A DNA stretch of 64,000 nt. It comes from Trichodelitschia bisporula (Eukaryota). The notes below the pieces were generated by a model, which saw nothing but the letters and a program-made list of their open reading frames with translations, did not search any database and was not told where the DNA came from. The position numbers and the translations under genes were made by a program. Below, in pieces: positions 27,554 through 37,858 of this stretch; within the stretch, counting starts at the first letter, position 1, and each line of letters begins with the position of its first letter. The DNA is taken from positions 871,420 through 935,419 of the forward strand of contig ML996690.1 in NCBI GenBank assembly GCA_010356995.1, given 5' to 3'.

Positions 27554-28555
27554 GTGTATCAAACTTTTCGGTCGGCGTTGCTAGTTAGCTAGCGGTTGTG
27601 AATCGCCCAGGCGATCCCAGACCCCAATATACCTTGGAAACGGCACTTGAAAAGTGATGGGAAGGATATACGGAGGCTGGCTGCCTACTGACAGTTTAGA
27701 ATCGGAGTTCGGATTGGGTCGCATGCCCAGCTTTGAGATTCCCCTGGTGTTGGTACCTATTCAGTTTGTACTTCCTTCCTGGAAGGTTTCAAATGTCCTC
27801 AAAATATGTGCCCCTGCTTGTGACTGGCGTGTTGGTGGACCTCCGGTCATCGTGATATCTCTCCTAGCCCAAGTGAGTTGCAAAAATGTCCCGCTATGTC
27901 ATTAGAAGCCATCGTGCTTTCACATCAAGACTCGAAGGGGTCCGGGTTTTGTTGCATTCCCTGCCCGAGGCTAAGAGAACCAACCTCAAGCCCGACTGTC
28001 CGCTGTCTTAGCCATTTGAGCCGGCCCGCTGCAGTTGGGTATCCGATGGATCACAGTTGTCGAGAGAAGCACTATGCAAGGCAGACGTCGAATCTCACAG
28101 AGCAATTGCTTCGAGTGGAAATACAAAGCCTTTGTAGCATTTCCTTTGTCTCACCTTCGAGTCCGATCACTTTGCAACTCACTAGTGCCTCTCACTAATA
28201 CCTCTGCGTCTTCACAATTTCTATCTTCGCTACTTCCGTATTCACAAGGAATACAAGGAAGACGACTACATAACCGTAAGGTATAAGCCACGAAATTTCT
28301 GCCCGATTCTACTTTCCACTGCCCATCCACTTTCCTGGAGACAATTTTCTCAAGCTCTTGGTTCGTGAACGCCTTAGGTTGGAGCCGGTTTCCAGTCCAT
28401 GAGGCAGTCGTCGACGAGTTCTTCGAATTCACGTTCCACCAGTGTCTCCCGCAAGGTCAGGCCGTCGTAGTCCAGAATATAAACGCAGATATCCATACTA
28501 TCAAGGCCGCACTTTTCCGGGAATCTAAGAGGATTTTCAGAACGCTCGAGCCAAG

Positions 28556-30481
28556 ATGGCGGTTGGATGCGTTTGCCGCAAGAGGTGCTATAATAAGCGG
28601 CAAAAAAACTGTTTCGACGCTCAATCATCTGATTGCCGGACCGTCAAGATTGATGGCTTCGATGGTAAGGTCCTGTGGACGGCGGAAAGGCCCCGAATGT
28701 ATCCTCTTTACCGGGCCGCGAGCGACGAAAAGGTAGAAGCCCCTCTCGGTGGCACCACATGTGCCAAACGGGTCAGGTTGGAGCTGAAGGGCATTCTCGG
28801 CGACATCATCCCCACTGGGATGAATAAACTCTTTCGCCCCGCACATCCAGTTTGGCGTATGGCGAATGAGTTGACAGGTCCTGGCCCTATGATAGCCGCA
28901 AAAGACCAAACTTCAAAGCGGCTCCAAATGGACAGAATTCTCGACGAGATGGACAGGGATATGCGGCACAATCCTCCTCCAGTTACCGTCCACGAGATCT
29001 TTGACAAGAAAGCAAGCATGGGAAACCACTATTCGTGGATACCGGAGTCCTTGACGTCTTCGGTCCTTTCACAATTCAGAGCGAAGGGTAAGATGTCCGG
29101 CGTAGAAGCCCAAGAACATACGCAAGGTACCTCGCAGAGCCAGATCATCCAGGCTGAGATCGTCCAAGATGGTCAGGCCATATCCAAACATCACTTGGAT
29201 ATGGAATTCCCGAAGCAGCCAATACAAATCGATCCGCGGGCGAGAACCCCCATTATCGACTGGCGTCTTGTTGACCGCAGGGCATATGTCGCGGGCGTAA
29301 ACTTGGAGGCAGAATGGCACCTTCCTGCAGTGGCTGATATCTCCCGAGGATGGCTGTGGAGCCACTTCGGAGAGATACACAAATCTCAAAAGCGAGTTGG
29401 CAAACCAGGCGAAGTGGTCACGTCGGTCGAACCGGTCAGATCGAATAACTCGTTCAGGCCATCCCAATCGTTCAAGTCATATGAGTCATTCAGATCAGCC
29501 AGTCCATGGCGTTCGCATTTGGATGATGAGCTCCACCGTACGTTGGGTTCCTCAGTCGGGTCGTTCAAATCATCTGGATTGTTCAGAACTGGTAGGTCAT
29601 GGTCTTCACTTTTAGATGAAGAGCTTGACCGCGCGCTGGGTTCCGCACCCGGGTCCCCTGGGAGTTTATGGTCCTTCGCCGGCAAGTCCCTCTCTGGCAG
29701 ACAGCACATGGACTTCACGCTCCTTTCCAGGCTAACCGCACAAAATAATCGGCACTGGAAGACTGCGGGGCGTGTGCCAACGCCACGATATGGTTCGCCC
29801 CTTTTGCCACGCTCCTTCTCCTCCGGCGAGTCTCTCTGCGTCGGATCTCGGGACTTCACGCCTCCTTCTAGGTCAATCGCACTAAACAGATTCTCCTTCT
29901 CTTCCGGCGAGTCTCTCTGTGTAAGGAACTTTACGCCCCCTTCCAGGCTAATCGCACCAAACACTCGGCGCTTGAAGGCTGCGAGGGGTCTGCCAACGCC
30001 GCGGCAGGGTTCTCCCGCTCCGCCGGTCTGGTCCCCGCCGCTAGAGCCGATTCCTCCCCCTCGTAGGATGATTTTTCGTCCTGATACACGGGTCGAGAGT
30101 CCAGTCTTCAGATCCTCATCTGAAGAAGATAGATGTTGCGGCCTGGTCCGTGGTGTTAAGTCCTCGATAAAGAGGTGTAAGACTTCGATGAAGAGGTGGA
30201 AGACTACCATTGGCATGAAGCGCTCAGTCGAGACCATATATGTCAAGGACAATCACCGAACGGAATCGCGTGAAGCCCAGATCATAGAGACCTACGAAAG
30301 GTTGCATCAGCTTGCGCAGGTATGGGAGGGCGGAGATGGTTATCAGACTGATACTAGAACTGACTCACTTAAGATCCGCCATATGACTGCTGATAACGTT
30401 TCCGACATCCCTGAGATTCCGGTCGCCACAAGAAACCGGATCAGACGTGTAAAGAAGACTATATGTCGACAACTCGGTTAG
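28556..30481 (+). CDS. Hypothetical Ser/Arg/Pro-rich orphan protein with internal duplications; 5' end uncertain
   Basis: 641-codon ORF containing frame-preserving 93-nt and 81-nt internal repeats. Confidence 0.55.
   Translation: MAVGCVCRKRCYNKRQKNCFDAQSSDCRTVKIDGFDGKVLWTAERPRMYPLYRAASDEKVEAPLGGTTCAKRVRLELKGILGDIIPTGMNKLFRPAHPVWRMANELTGPGPMIAAKDQTSKRLQMDRILDEMDRDMRHNPPPVTVHEIFDKKASMGNHYSWIPESLTSSVLSQFRAKGKMSGVEAQEHTQGTSQSQIIQAEIVQDGQAISKHHLDMEFPKQPIQIDPRARTPIIDWRLVDRRAYVAGVNLEAEWHLPAVADISRGWLWSHFGEIHKSQKRVGKPGEVVTSVEPVRSNNSFRPSQSFKSYESFRSASPWRSHLDDELHRTLGSSVGSFKSSGLFRTGRSWSSLLDEELDRALGSAPGSPGSLWSFAGKSLSGRQHMDFTLLSRLTAQNNRHWKTAGRVPTPRYGSPLLPRSFSSGESLCVGSRDFTPPSRSIALNRFSFSSGESLCVRNFTPPSRLIAPNTRRLKAARGLPTPRQGSPAPPVWSPPLEPIPPPRRMIFRPDTRVESPVFRSSSEEDRCCGLVRGVKSSIKRCKTSMKRWKTTIGMKRSVETIYVKDNHRTESREAQIIETYERLHQLAQVWEGGDGYQTDTRTDSLKIRHMTADNVSDIPEIPVATRNRIRRVKKTICRQLG
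29468..30016 (+). repeat. Coding internal duplications
   Basis: 29468-29560 ~ 29561-29653 (31 aa); 29813-29893 ~ 29894 onward (SFSSGESLCV); 29711-29800 ~ 29927-30016 (FT..SRL.A.N.R..K.A...PTPR.GSP). Confidence 0.85.
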
Positions 30482-31113
30482 AGTTCTTCATGTGGACGGG
30501 ACTGTTGTTATGTTCCTAGTTTGGACGGTTGCGAGGTGTCGAACAGCGACTGAAGATCTGGATGGAGTTGGGAGTTTTGCTTTGTATAACTACATAGATG
30601 GAGGAACTAGAAGGAGTATTGTTTAAATGATAAAGGTTTTGCGATTGAACAATATCGTGATGTGAGATGCTACTGTGAATTTCGCCTGAACATGAGAGGA
30701 GTCCGCAATCTGATCGGAAGTCCCTTGATTGAGGTCGTAGACCAACGGCAATAGTAAGTGCCAGCAAACAAGGGAAACAGTACAGGAGTTTTTGTTCGTT
30801 CTAAGAGGATGATGGGGTTTGTGGCGATTCATGGAGTTACACAGTAGAACAAAGGAGAAGATGTCCATTGTGGTTGCCGGATGACGAGATGAAAGCCAAG
30901 GCCTGGGAGCAACCCTAACCCATTCGAGGAAGCACTGACCTCGGCGGCTTTCATGATGATTTTCAAACATCACCGACATCAGTTCATCACGCGCTAGTGC
31001 CGCTGGTCACTTCTCTTGATTACTTATACCACGGGGGCTCTTACAGTACAAATTGAAGTTGGCTTTGTCCGACTGACCCTCACTCCCGTCTGGTCTCCGA
31101 ACTGCATTTGAAC

Positions 31114-32929
31114 ATGACTCGCACTGCACTTGTCACCGGCGGTGAGCTTTAGATGAGAGTTACTGGACATGATGCTAAAGGTATCTAGCTTCTGGCCTTC
31201 TCGGCCGTGATGTCGTCAAGGCCTTTGAACGTAAAGGTTGGAATGTCGTGGGCACAGGCTGGACGAGGGTCAAGCCCCCGTCTATTATCAAGCTCGATCT
31301 TCTCAACCCTGAGGACATTGAACAAATTCTGGACGACGTTAAGTTCGTTATAGCTATGGCACTAGGTCCAAAATGCTAAGCATCTTCTCCCAGGCCGGAT
31401 GTCGTAATTCACTGTTGGTACCCCCACCATACCCCGCAATGACGCAATATGAGCTCCAGCTTCACACCACGATCCGCACTGAATGTACTCATATGACATC
31501 TCTAGGTGCCGCAAACCGCTTCCCTGACTCTTGTACTGCCGACCCTGCCAGCGCCACGGCTATCAACGTAAACAGTACCGAGCGTCTCGCTAGCATCGCC
31601 TTCGAGCGCGACATCCTCATCATCTACATCTCCACAGACTATGTCTTCAGCGGCCGTCCAGGGGAGGCCCCATACACCGTGGATGCGACTCCGAGCCCGC
31701 CCAACGTCTACGGACAGACCAAGTACGAGGGCGAGCTCGCGGTGCTTAATAAAACGGGAGGTTCACAGTCTGGTCAAGATATCCGCCAGCCAGAGGCTAC
31801 GGATGGTAAGACCAGGGTTTTGGGCGTCGTGCTCCGTGTGCCGGTATTGTACGGCCACTGTGCCGAGGATGACACATCGAAGAGTGCGATACATGCCGTC
31901 GTTGACGCCGTGTATGATTCGCAGAAAGTTACCACCACGGCCTCAGGTGCGCCACAGAAGATCAAGGTCGACTCCTACGCGCAACGCTATCCAACGGCAA
32001 CCGAAGACGTCGGGCGCGTGATTGTGGACATCTCCTCTTTGTATCTCTCCCCGGAGAGCGCATCGCGCCCCCTCCCCCGAATCCTGCACTTCTCGGCCGA
32101 GCAGCGCTACACCAAGTACGAGATGGCTAAGCTGTTCGCTGAAGACGTTCTCGGGTTCCCTACCGACAACCTCGAGGCATTGGACCCAACCGCCGCTGAG
32201 CCCGCGGCCCCAGCAGCGGCCGCGAAGACGGAGCGTCCGTACGACAGCAAGCTGGACGTCAGCGTGCTGCGCGGCTTGGACATCGACGTGTCGACGCTGA
32301 ACTTTGTAGCCTGGTGGTAAGTCGCCCCGTGTCTCGGCTCGTTTATTCCGTTCTGCAGTTCGTCAGCTCCCCCTTTCTATCCTCGTCCGTACCGTACCTG
32401 CAGCTGTCTCGCGCTTGTATCAGCGCAAGCGTTGCTGAACCTATGGACAGTATGACTTTACAGCTCTCTGCAGCGCGGCTTGATGCCCAGCCGTGCTCAG
32501 CTGAGTGGTTACGCTGCGACGAGAGGTGCCGAGTGCTGGGCATCGCGTCGTCGCGACGGCGTCCTCCGCCGGCGCCTGCACAGCCATCCAGGGCACGCCT
32601 AGCGCATGTGTGGCGGTGCAGCTGGTGCATGCGGCGCAGCGAATCCCTGCGCGCCACCCCCTCCTTTTGCCGCAAGGACAAGGCTGCAGTCCTGTGATCC
32701 TCATGCGCCGGAGCCATGGGCGGTAAAAAGACGGTCAATGGGGAGGACATCCCCCTCAATCCGCCCTGTGTACAGTACTGGCGCTGGAAACAAGCGCGCT
32801 ACTGGAAGGACGATCACAAGGCGAATTCAGAACCCAAAATCCACTACGCTTTTACTCCCTTGCCGTTGACCCGTCAGGTGGAAGCTGACATAACGCAGGA
32901 GGCGGGAGCTTAGGGCGTTTCGCCACTGA
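31114..32929 (+). CDS. RmlD-like extended SDR / methionine adenosyltransferase 2 beta-subunit-like protein, 5 exons
   Basis: LVTGASGLLG, PDVVIHCAANRFPD, YISTDYVFSG, NVYGQTKYEGE, LRVPVLYG, RYPT, RPYDSKLD. Introns 31142-31188, 31343-31393, 31414-31505, 32317-32898. Last exon 32899-32929 completes W-RRELRAFRH*. Confidence 0.9.
32464..32804 (+). ncRNA. Candidate structured intronic RNA element of unknown family
   Basis: Succession of stems read by eye, e.g. 32482-91/32535-44, 32576-86/32611-21, 32622-31/32702-11, 32718-23/32761-66, 32773-86/32791-804. Confidence 0.45.
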
Positions 32930-34209
32930 TTCAGCCCAACGCCAGGCCAAGGGCGGCGGGAAGGGCTAGCGGCTCGGCCCCACCAACCAACCTCTCTTTT
33001 TCCTCAGCCTTTTAACGTTGAATTTTCCTCACTTTCAGACTTCACAGTGGACACCGCGGTGGAGGTGGTGCGTGGCAGAATATCAGAATATCGTAAGGTG
33101 AGGCGTCTGCGGATGTAGACTAGAGGAATCTGCGTCTCTACGGTGATAAAAAGAATTGCCTTCAACCTCCCATCTTCAAATTGTGGTTATCTGAATTATG
33201 CGTGGGGCTCGCCATGTGTGCAGGCAGATATCGTATTACGTACGGCGGAACTCAGTAGCGGGGAGACCGGGGAACAGAAACAAAGCATGAAAAGCAACTT
33301 GATGTAGGCCAGCATGCATGCTTCTAGAAAAGGCAACAAGTCAGATACCTGCATTTAGCCTCCATGTCCAACGCAGGAGTTCACATTCCCGGTGCGGGGC
33401 TGATAGATCGCAAAAGTTATGAACGATGGATCGACTGCAGCGTTTCGTTTGCTGCACTCCGCAAAATCGTCGGAGTATCGCCGTCGAAGCAAAGGACTTA
33501 CGTGCTCCACTATTAGGGGAAACGTCCGATGCCTTTCCCTTGCGGGTCGATACCAGCCTCCCCCCCTCGTGTCCCGCTCGTGAGCCCTGCCAGGCGTGCC
33601 GCACGCTAGGTGGGGAATGAAGTTGGTCAGGAACCAGGCACCCGAAGTCATGGACGGCCCGAGCGTGCGCAACGGCGCGCCCGTGCGCCGCACCACTCCG
33701 ACCCAAGATTTGACCCCCGCTGTCAAACCTGGCTTCGGTGCCGCGCGGTCTGACATCCCAGACAGCTGCAGAAAGGGTAAGCGAAATCACAGGACGAGGC
33801 GCAAAACGTAGACAACACGCGATGAGTTTTTGCTTTGCAGAATCATTGATGCGCTCAGTTGGGCTATCTGACGAGTTTCTGCTTTCCACTTCCCAGCCCC
33901 CAAAGGTCTTTTTGTCCTCCCCGCCCAATGCCAGAGATTGTAAGGAACAAGTCTTGCTACCATGGTATACATGTGTTAAGGAAAACGCCTCGTGAAATGC
34001 ACGGTCTCTAATGAACGCCCCTCATATCCAAGGGAAAAACCATCCCCACCAGTATCCAAATGTTATGCACACATCGGCATCACCGTAGTGAGAGGCCGGA
34101 ACAAGGAAAAGCCAAAAGCCGAAGCCGGCTATCGAAGAACCAAGAAATATGCAAAGAGTGTTGCGCTACATCCGGTCACTGACCAGGGACAAGAAGCGAC
34201 TCAGCTAAA

Positions 34210-35502
34210 TCAAGAGCTCATCTCAGCACGGCGGTGGTGCATGTGGCGACGGGCAAAGCGGCCAGGAGCGCGCTGAGCAACCTTAGCAGAGACAGCACCG
34301 GCAGTGCAGCTGGTGCCGGCGGCCATCTGCTGAGGAACAGCGCAGCCCCAGTTGCACATGCCGTAGGTGGACTCGTCGATGCAGTAGAAGCCAGGCGTAG
34401 AGCAAGCGACCTCGCCGCTCGGGCAAGAGCCGGAGTAGCCAATAGCACCCGAGCCAGTGGAGCCAGGGGACTGGGCGGGGCTGGCAGCAGGGCTGGAGCC
34501 AGTACCCGCAGTGGGGCCGGCCGCAGCAGCGCTCGAAGCCTTGGTGACGAGAGTGGTGGCAACGGGAGCAGGAGAGCCAGCGCCCTCGGCGAAAGCACCG
34601 CCGGAGCCCGACGAAGCCTTAGCGGTGGCCTTGGGAGCGCTGCCGACACCGGTGTACTGGCCGTTGTTGGGAGCAGCCGCAGCAGACGAGGCAGCGCCAG
34701 CAGCCGGGATGGAGTAGGTGCCAGTGCCACCCGAAGTGCCAGAGTCGGTACCGGTGCTGCCGCCGCCGGTGCTACCAGTGCTGCCGGAGCCAGAGCCGCA
34801 GTTGCCAGCAGGAGCCTTGAGAGGGTAGTTCAAGGTCGAGGCCTGGGTGACATAGTTGCCGGGGTTGGGGAAGTTGGTGTTGAACTGCTCAGTGGTCTTG
34901 CAGGTGTTGATGTTGGCGAGGTTGGCAACGAACATGCTGGGGAGCGAATCCATCTTGTCCTGACCGCCAGTGATAGAAACGGAGGCGCAGTTCATGTACA
35001 TCTCGCGATTGCCGATGTTGTTGAACCAGGTCCAGGCCAGGATGGCATCGCCGTTCTTGACTTCAGGGGGAATGCTGAAGTTGAAGCTGTTGACGCACTT
35101 GTTGTCTGAGGCAGGGCAAGGAACGGCGGTGCCAAGATTGCCCATGGCATTGCTTGGGCAACCTCCGACGAAGCTGTGGATGACCTTCCAGTTGGCGGGA
35201 TCCTTCTGCTTCGCAGCATCGGTCTCATAGGTCAGACTGATCTGGCACGAGCCACCGCCATGAACAGCTGTGTTCGCGCCATTACCAAGGTCGAAGGCGA
35301 GCGTCTGCGAGGAGCCCGCAGCCATCGGCTGCTTGGTACCGCCAGTGGTAGCACCATGGCATGGGAAGTTGGAGCCAGACGCATCGAGAGGGTCCTTGGG
35401 GTTGGAGCCTGGGATGGGCTGAGGCGAGGACATGGCAAGATGGGCGTTGGCAGCGCCGAAGAAACCGGCCGCAACGGCGGCAATGAGAGTCTTGGTGAAC
35501 AT
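34210..35502 (-). CDS. Secreted AA11 lytic polysaccharide monooxygenase with Gly/Ser/Ala linker and Cys-rich C-terminal module
   Basis: Signal peptide ...AANA|H gives an N-terminal His. Motifs FPC, AVHGGGSCQISL, WKVIHSFVGGCP, LAWTWFNNIGNREMYMNCA; C-terminal C..PGFYC......GMC.WG.....MAAGTSC. Confidence 0.9.
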   Translation of the reverse strand: MFTKTLIAAVAAGFFGAANAHLAMSSPQPIPGSNPKDPLDASGSNFPCHGATTGGTKQPMAAGSSQTLAFDLGNGANTAVHGGGSCQISLTYETDAAKQKDPANWKVIHSFVGGCPSNAMGNLGTAVPCPASDNKCVNSFNFSIPPEVKNGDAILAWTWFNNIGNREMYMNCASVSITGGQDKMDSLPSMFVANLANINTCKTTEQFNTNFPNPGNYVTQASTLNYPLKAPAGNCGSGSGSTGSTGGGSTGTDSGTSGGTGTYSIPAAGAASSAAAAPNNGQYTGVGSAPKATAKASSGSGGAFAEGAGSPAPVATTLVTKASSAAAAGPTAGTGSSPAASPAQSPGSTGSGAIGYSGSCPSGEVACSTPGFYCIDESTYGMCNWGCAVPQQMAAGTSCTAGAVSAKVAQRAPGRFARRHMHHRRAEMSS

Positions 35503-37858
35503 TTTGAGAGGTTGAGTCGCGAGTCCGGCTGGCGATATCAAATGCAGGTATCCGTGGATGCTGATGCTTTATGTAGCGGTAGCAGAAAGTTGTCTCGAGC
35601 GAATCTGGCTTGCAGGTACGATCGAAGACGAAGGAATGTTTCGAAGAACTTCACAGAAGTTTGAGAATGAGTTGCTCTGCCACAGGCAAGAGGAAAGACA
35701 AGAAAGGACTGGCAAGGACTGGCCTTGTGTGTATGGATCTGAGGATGAGGATGGAACGTGAATCTCTGGGCGTGGGAAACACGTCTTTTATGTCTCTGCA
35801 GGCCGCCACGGCTAGATTCTCCTGAATGGATCAGGGAGAGAGAAACATGGAAGACAAGCTTTGCCCGTGCGGGGGATAACCAGAGGGACACGCAGGTACA
35901 GCAGGAAGGGGTCCGCGCAGACTAGGGATGTGGGCCAATCTCGGCCTTGACCTAGCCGGCATCATGGAACATCGTGCATGTCGCTGTTTGGACTGGACCA
36001 TGTGGCGGGGGGTGGAGCCGCCCAGGTAAGGTGGGGTGGAGGAGCGTGAGGCCCTGGATCGGGGCGGGAGTGGAGACGTTGTCTGGGAAGCTAAGATCCG
36101 AAGGCGTGCGTGTGCCTGACCGGGGACCGCTCAAGGGCGGACATTGGCTGACAGGAAATGGTACGGGTGAGGTTCGAAACATCTCGTACGGTTGAGAGGG
36201 AAAAAATCCAAAGGGATCCCGTCAGGCTTCAGGGACAATTTTTTCAGGGAGGTCCGAAAGCTGATGTCGTCGACCCCGAGTAACAGGCATACCGTAGGAC
36301 CGAATCGATGGTCGGCGACCCCTGGGAGGCAAGGTTTTCCACGCAGGTACCGGGGCAAAATGCGACCACTTGTGAGCCCTGGAGGAGGCGTGCCGGGGTT
36401 CGATGGCCCCTATCGATAGCTGAAAGCACCGCCGAAAGCCACAGAAAAGGCAAAGGTGGCCGTGTCAGTGGCGGCGCCACTCGTTACCCCCTGCAGCATC
36501 GGGGAACCGTTGAGGCTTGTCTGCCCAATCGGCGCCTTGAACAGCCTCATCTCGCCTTCCCGCTCGCTTTGAGCACCGGGCAGCCCCGGCGGTCCAGCCG
36601 CGGACAAGAGGAGCGCTGGTGCGACAATCCAGGGCAGCAACCTCTTGCGCCAGCCACAGGAGCCTTCATCGAGTGGGATGGGAGGGAGAGACATCTTCAT
36701 CGTGCTGGTTGGTGGTGCTGGCGAGACCTGAAACGCTGCACCACGCTGGGTCATCGGAGAGCCGCCGAGAGCCACAGGCAGACTGTAAGCTCGTCGAACC
36801 TGTGAACGTTCCGCAAGAAGTTTATCCTTCGCTGGCAGCAGACTAAAACCGTCATGTTATGCGGTAGAACGCATAGGTTGAGACTGCTTCCGTTCGAGAC
36901 GTTGCTTGGAATGCGCGACGCCAACTTGGAGAATTTCCACAGATCTGTTTTGCCTTTGACGGTCCGTCGACGGGGACGGAAAATGGCATCACCGCCATCA
37001 AGCCGTACCACGGAGAACTATACGTTTCTGATGAGTCGAACACTGGGGGCGAAACACCGAGCCGATTAGGTTCCGTTCGCATCCTCTTCCTTGCAGAACA
37101 TAAGCAACTGTGAAGTATTCCATCATCCAGTCGGCCACCCGGAGGAGATGGCGAAAACAGCAAACGCGTCCGTAATAAACGTAATTGTGGAGATGACCAG
37201 GCCAGGACTGCACTCTCTCATTGAGAGCTAGGAAAAAGCGATTCTCTAAGACCTTTGGTGTTTCATCGGGCTCCATGCCACTTGCCTCCTTACGCAAGCT
37301 TCCCCGCGTCCTCGCGGAGCGTAGGCTGCTCCTGGTCAGTGTGGCGGTGATGGTTTACTGTGATTGCAAACATGTCGCCATCGCGGCGGCTCCACACACG
37401 AACCATAGGCTCGGAATGTTCAAGTTGTGTCGGACATTGCATTGAGGGTGAGTGAACACCTCAAGGCGGCGAAGTGAGTGATGACGCAGGGTGAAGCTCA
37501 CCTTCACCTTGCCGTACCTGCATAGACGCGCAACACGCAGCCGCGTCTACCGAGCCCTCAATAGGCAGGCGCTACCCCTTGGCCTCATGCTCCTTCCGCC
37601 TTCATGGCCTGCTAGCTGTCACTTGGAAAGGCCGCTTCATGCTACGAAGTAATCGGCCAACATTGTTCCTGTGCCATATGCTTCAACAACAAGAAAAAGT
37701 GGCCTTCGAAGATGCGTTTTCATTTTCGGCTTTACATGCACGACCAATCTATCTTCTGATGGCGCGGACGGATATCGACATTAGAACTAGATAAGTGCTT
37801 TCCAAAGTGCTAGATACAGATCATTACATCGTTGAACTACGGACTCTAGATCCTTCGC

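Noticed and set aside
32470..32545. HDV-like ribozyme topology (crossing P1/P2-like stems)
   Set aside because: Lacks the L3 UYC/P1.1 pairing and a properly placed J4/2 catalytic C motif.
32830..32847. GAACCCAAAATCCACTAC resembles RNase P CR-V, suggesting an intron-hosted RNase P RNA
   Set aside because: No matching CR-I (GGAAA...) strand to form P4, and no CR-II to CR-IV seen. An Rfam scan would settle it.
32716..32913. 65-aa ORF inside the long intron
   Set aside because: Short, no recognisable motif, and out of frame with the terminal exon.
33341..33928. 195-aa minus-strand ORF and other short ORFs in 33000-34200, 35900-37800 and 60000-64000
   Set aside because: No motifs, no evident codon bias and no consistent splice structure.
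34218..35230. Long alternative-frame and antisense ORFs over AA11 (similar ones over the aminotransferase, XRN1 and GSY1)
   Set aside because: Expected by-product of GC-rich biased codons and low-complexity linkers.
36169..36185. GGTTCGAAAC T-loop-like hairpin
   Set aside because: No acceptor stem, D-arm or anticodon arm; not a tRNA.
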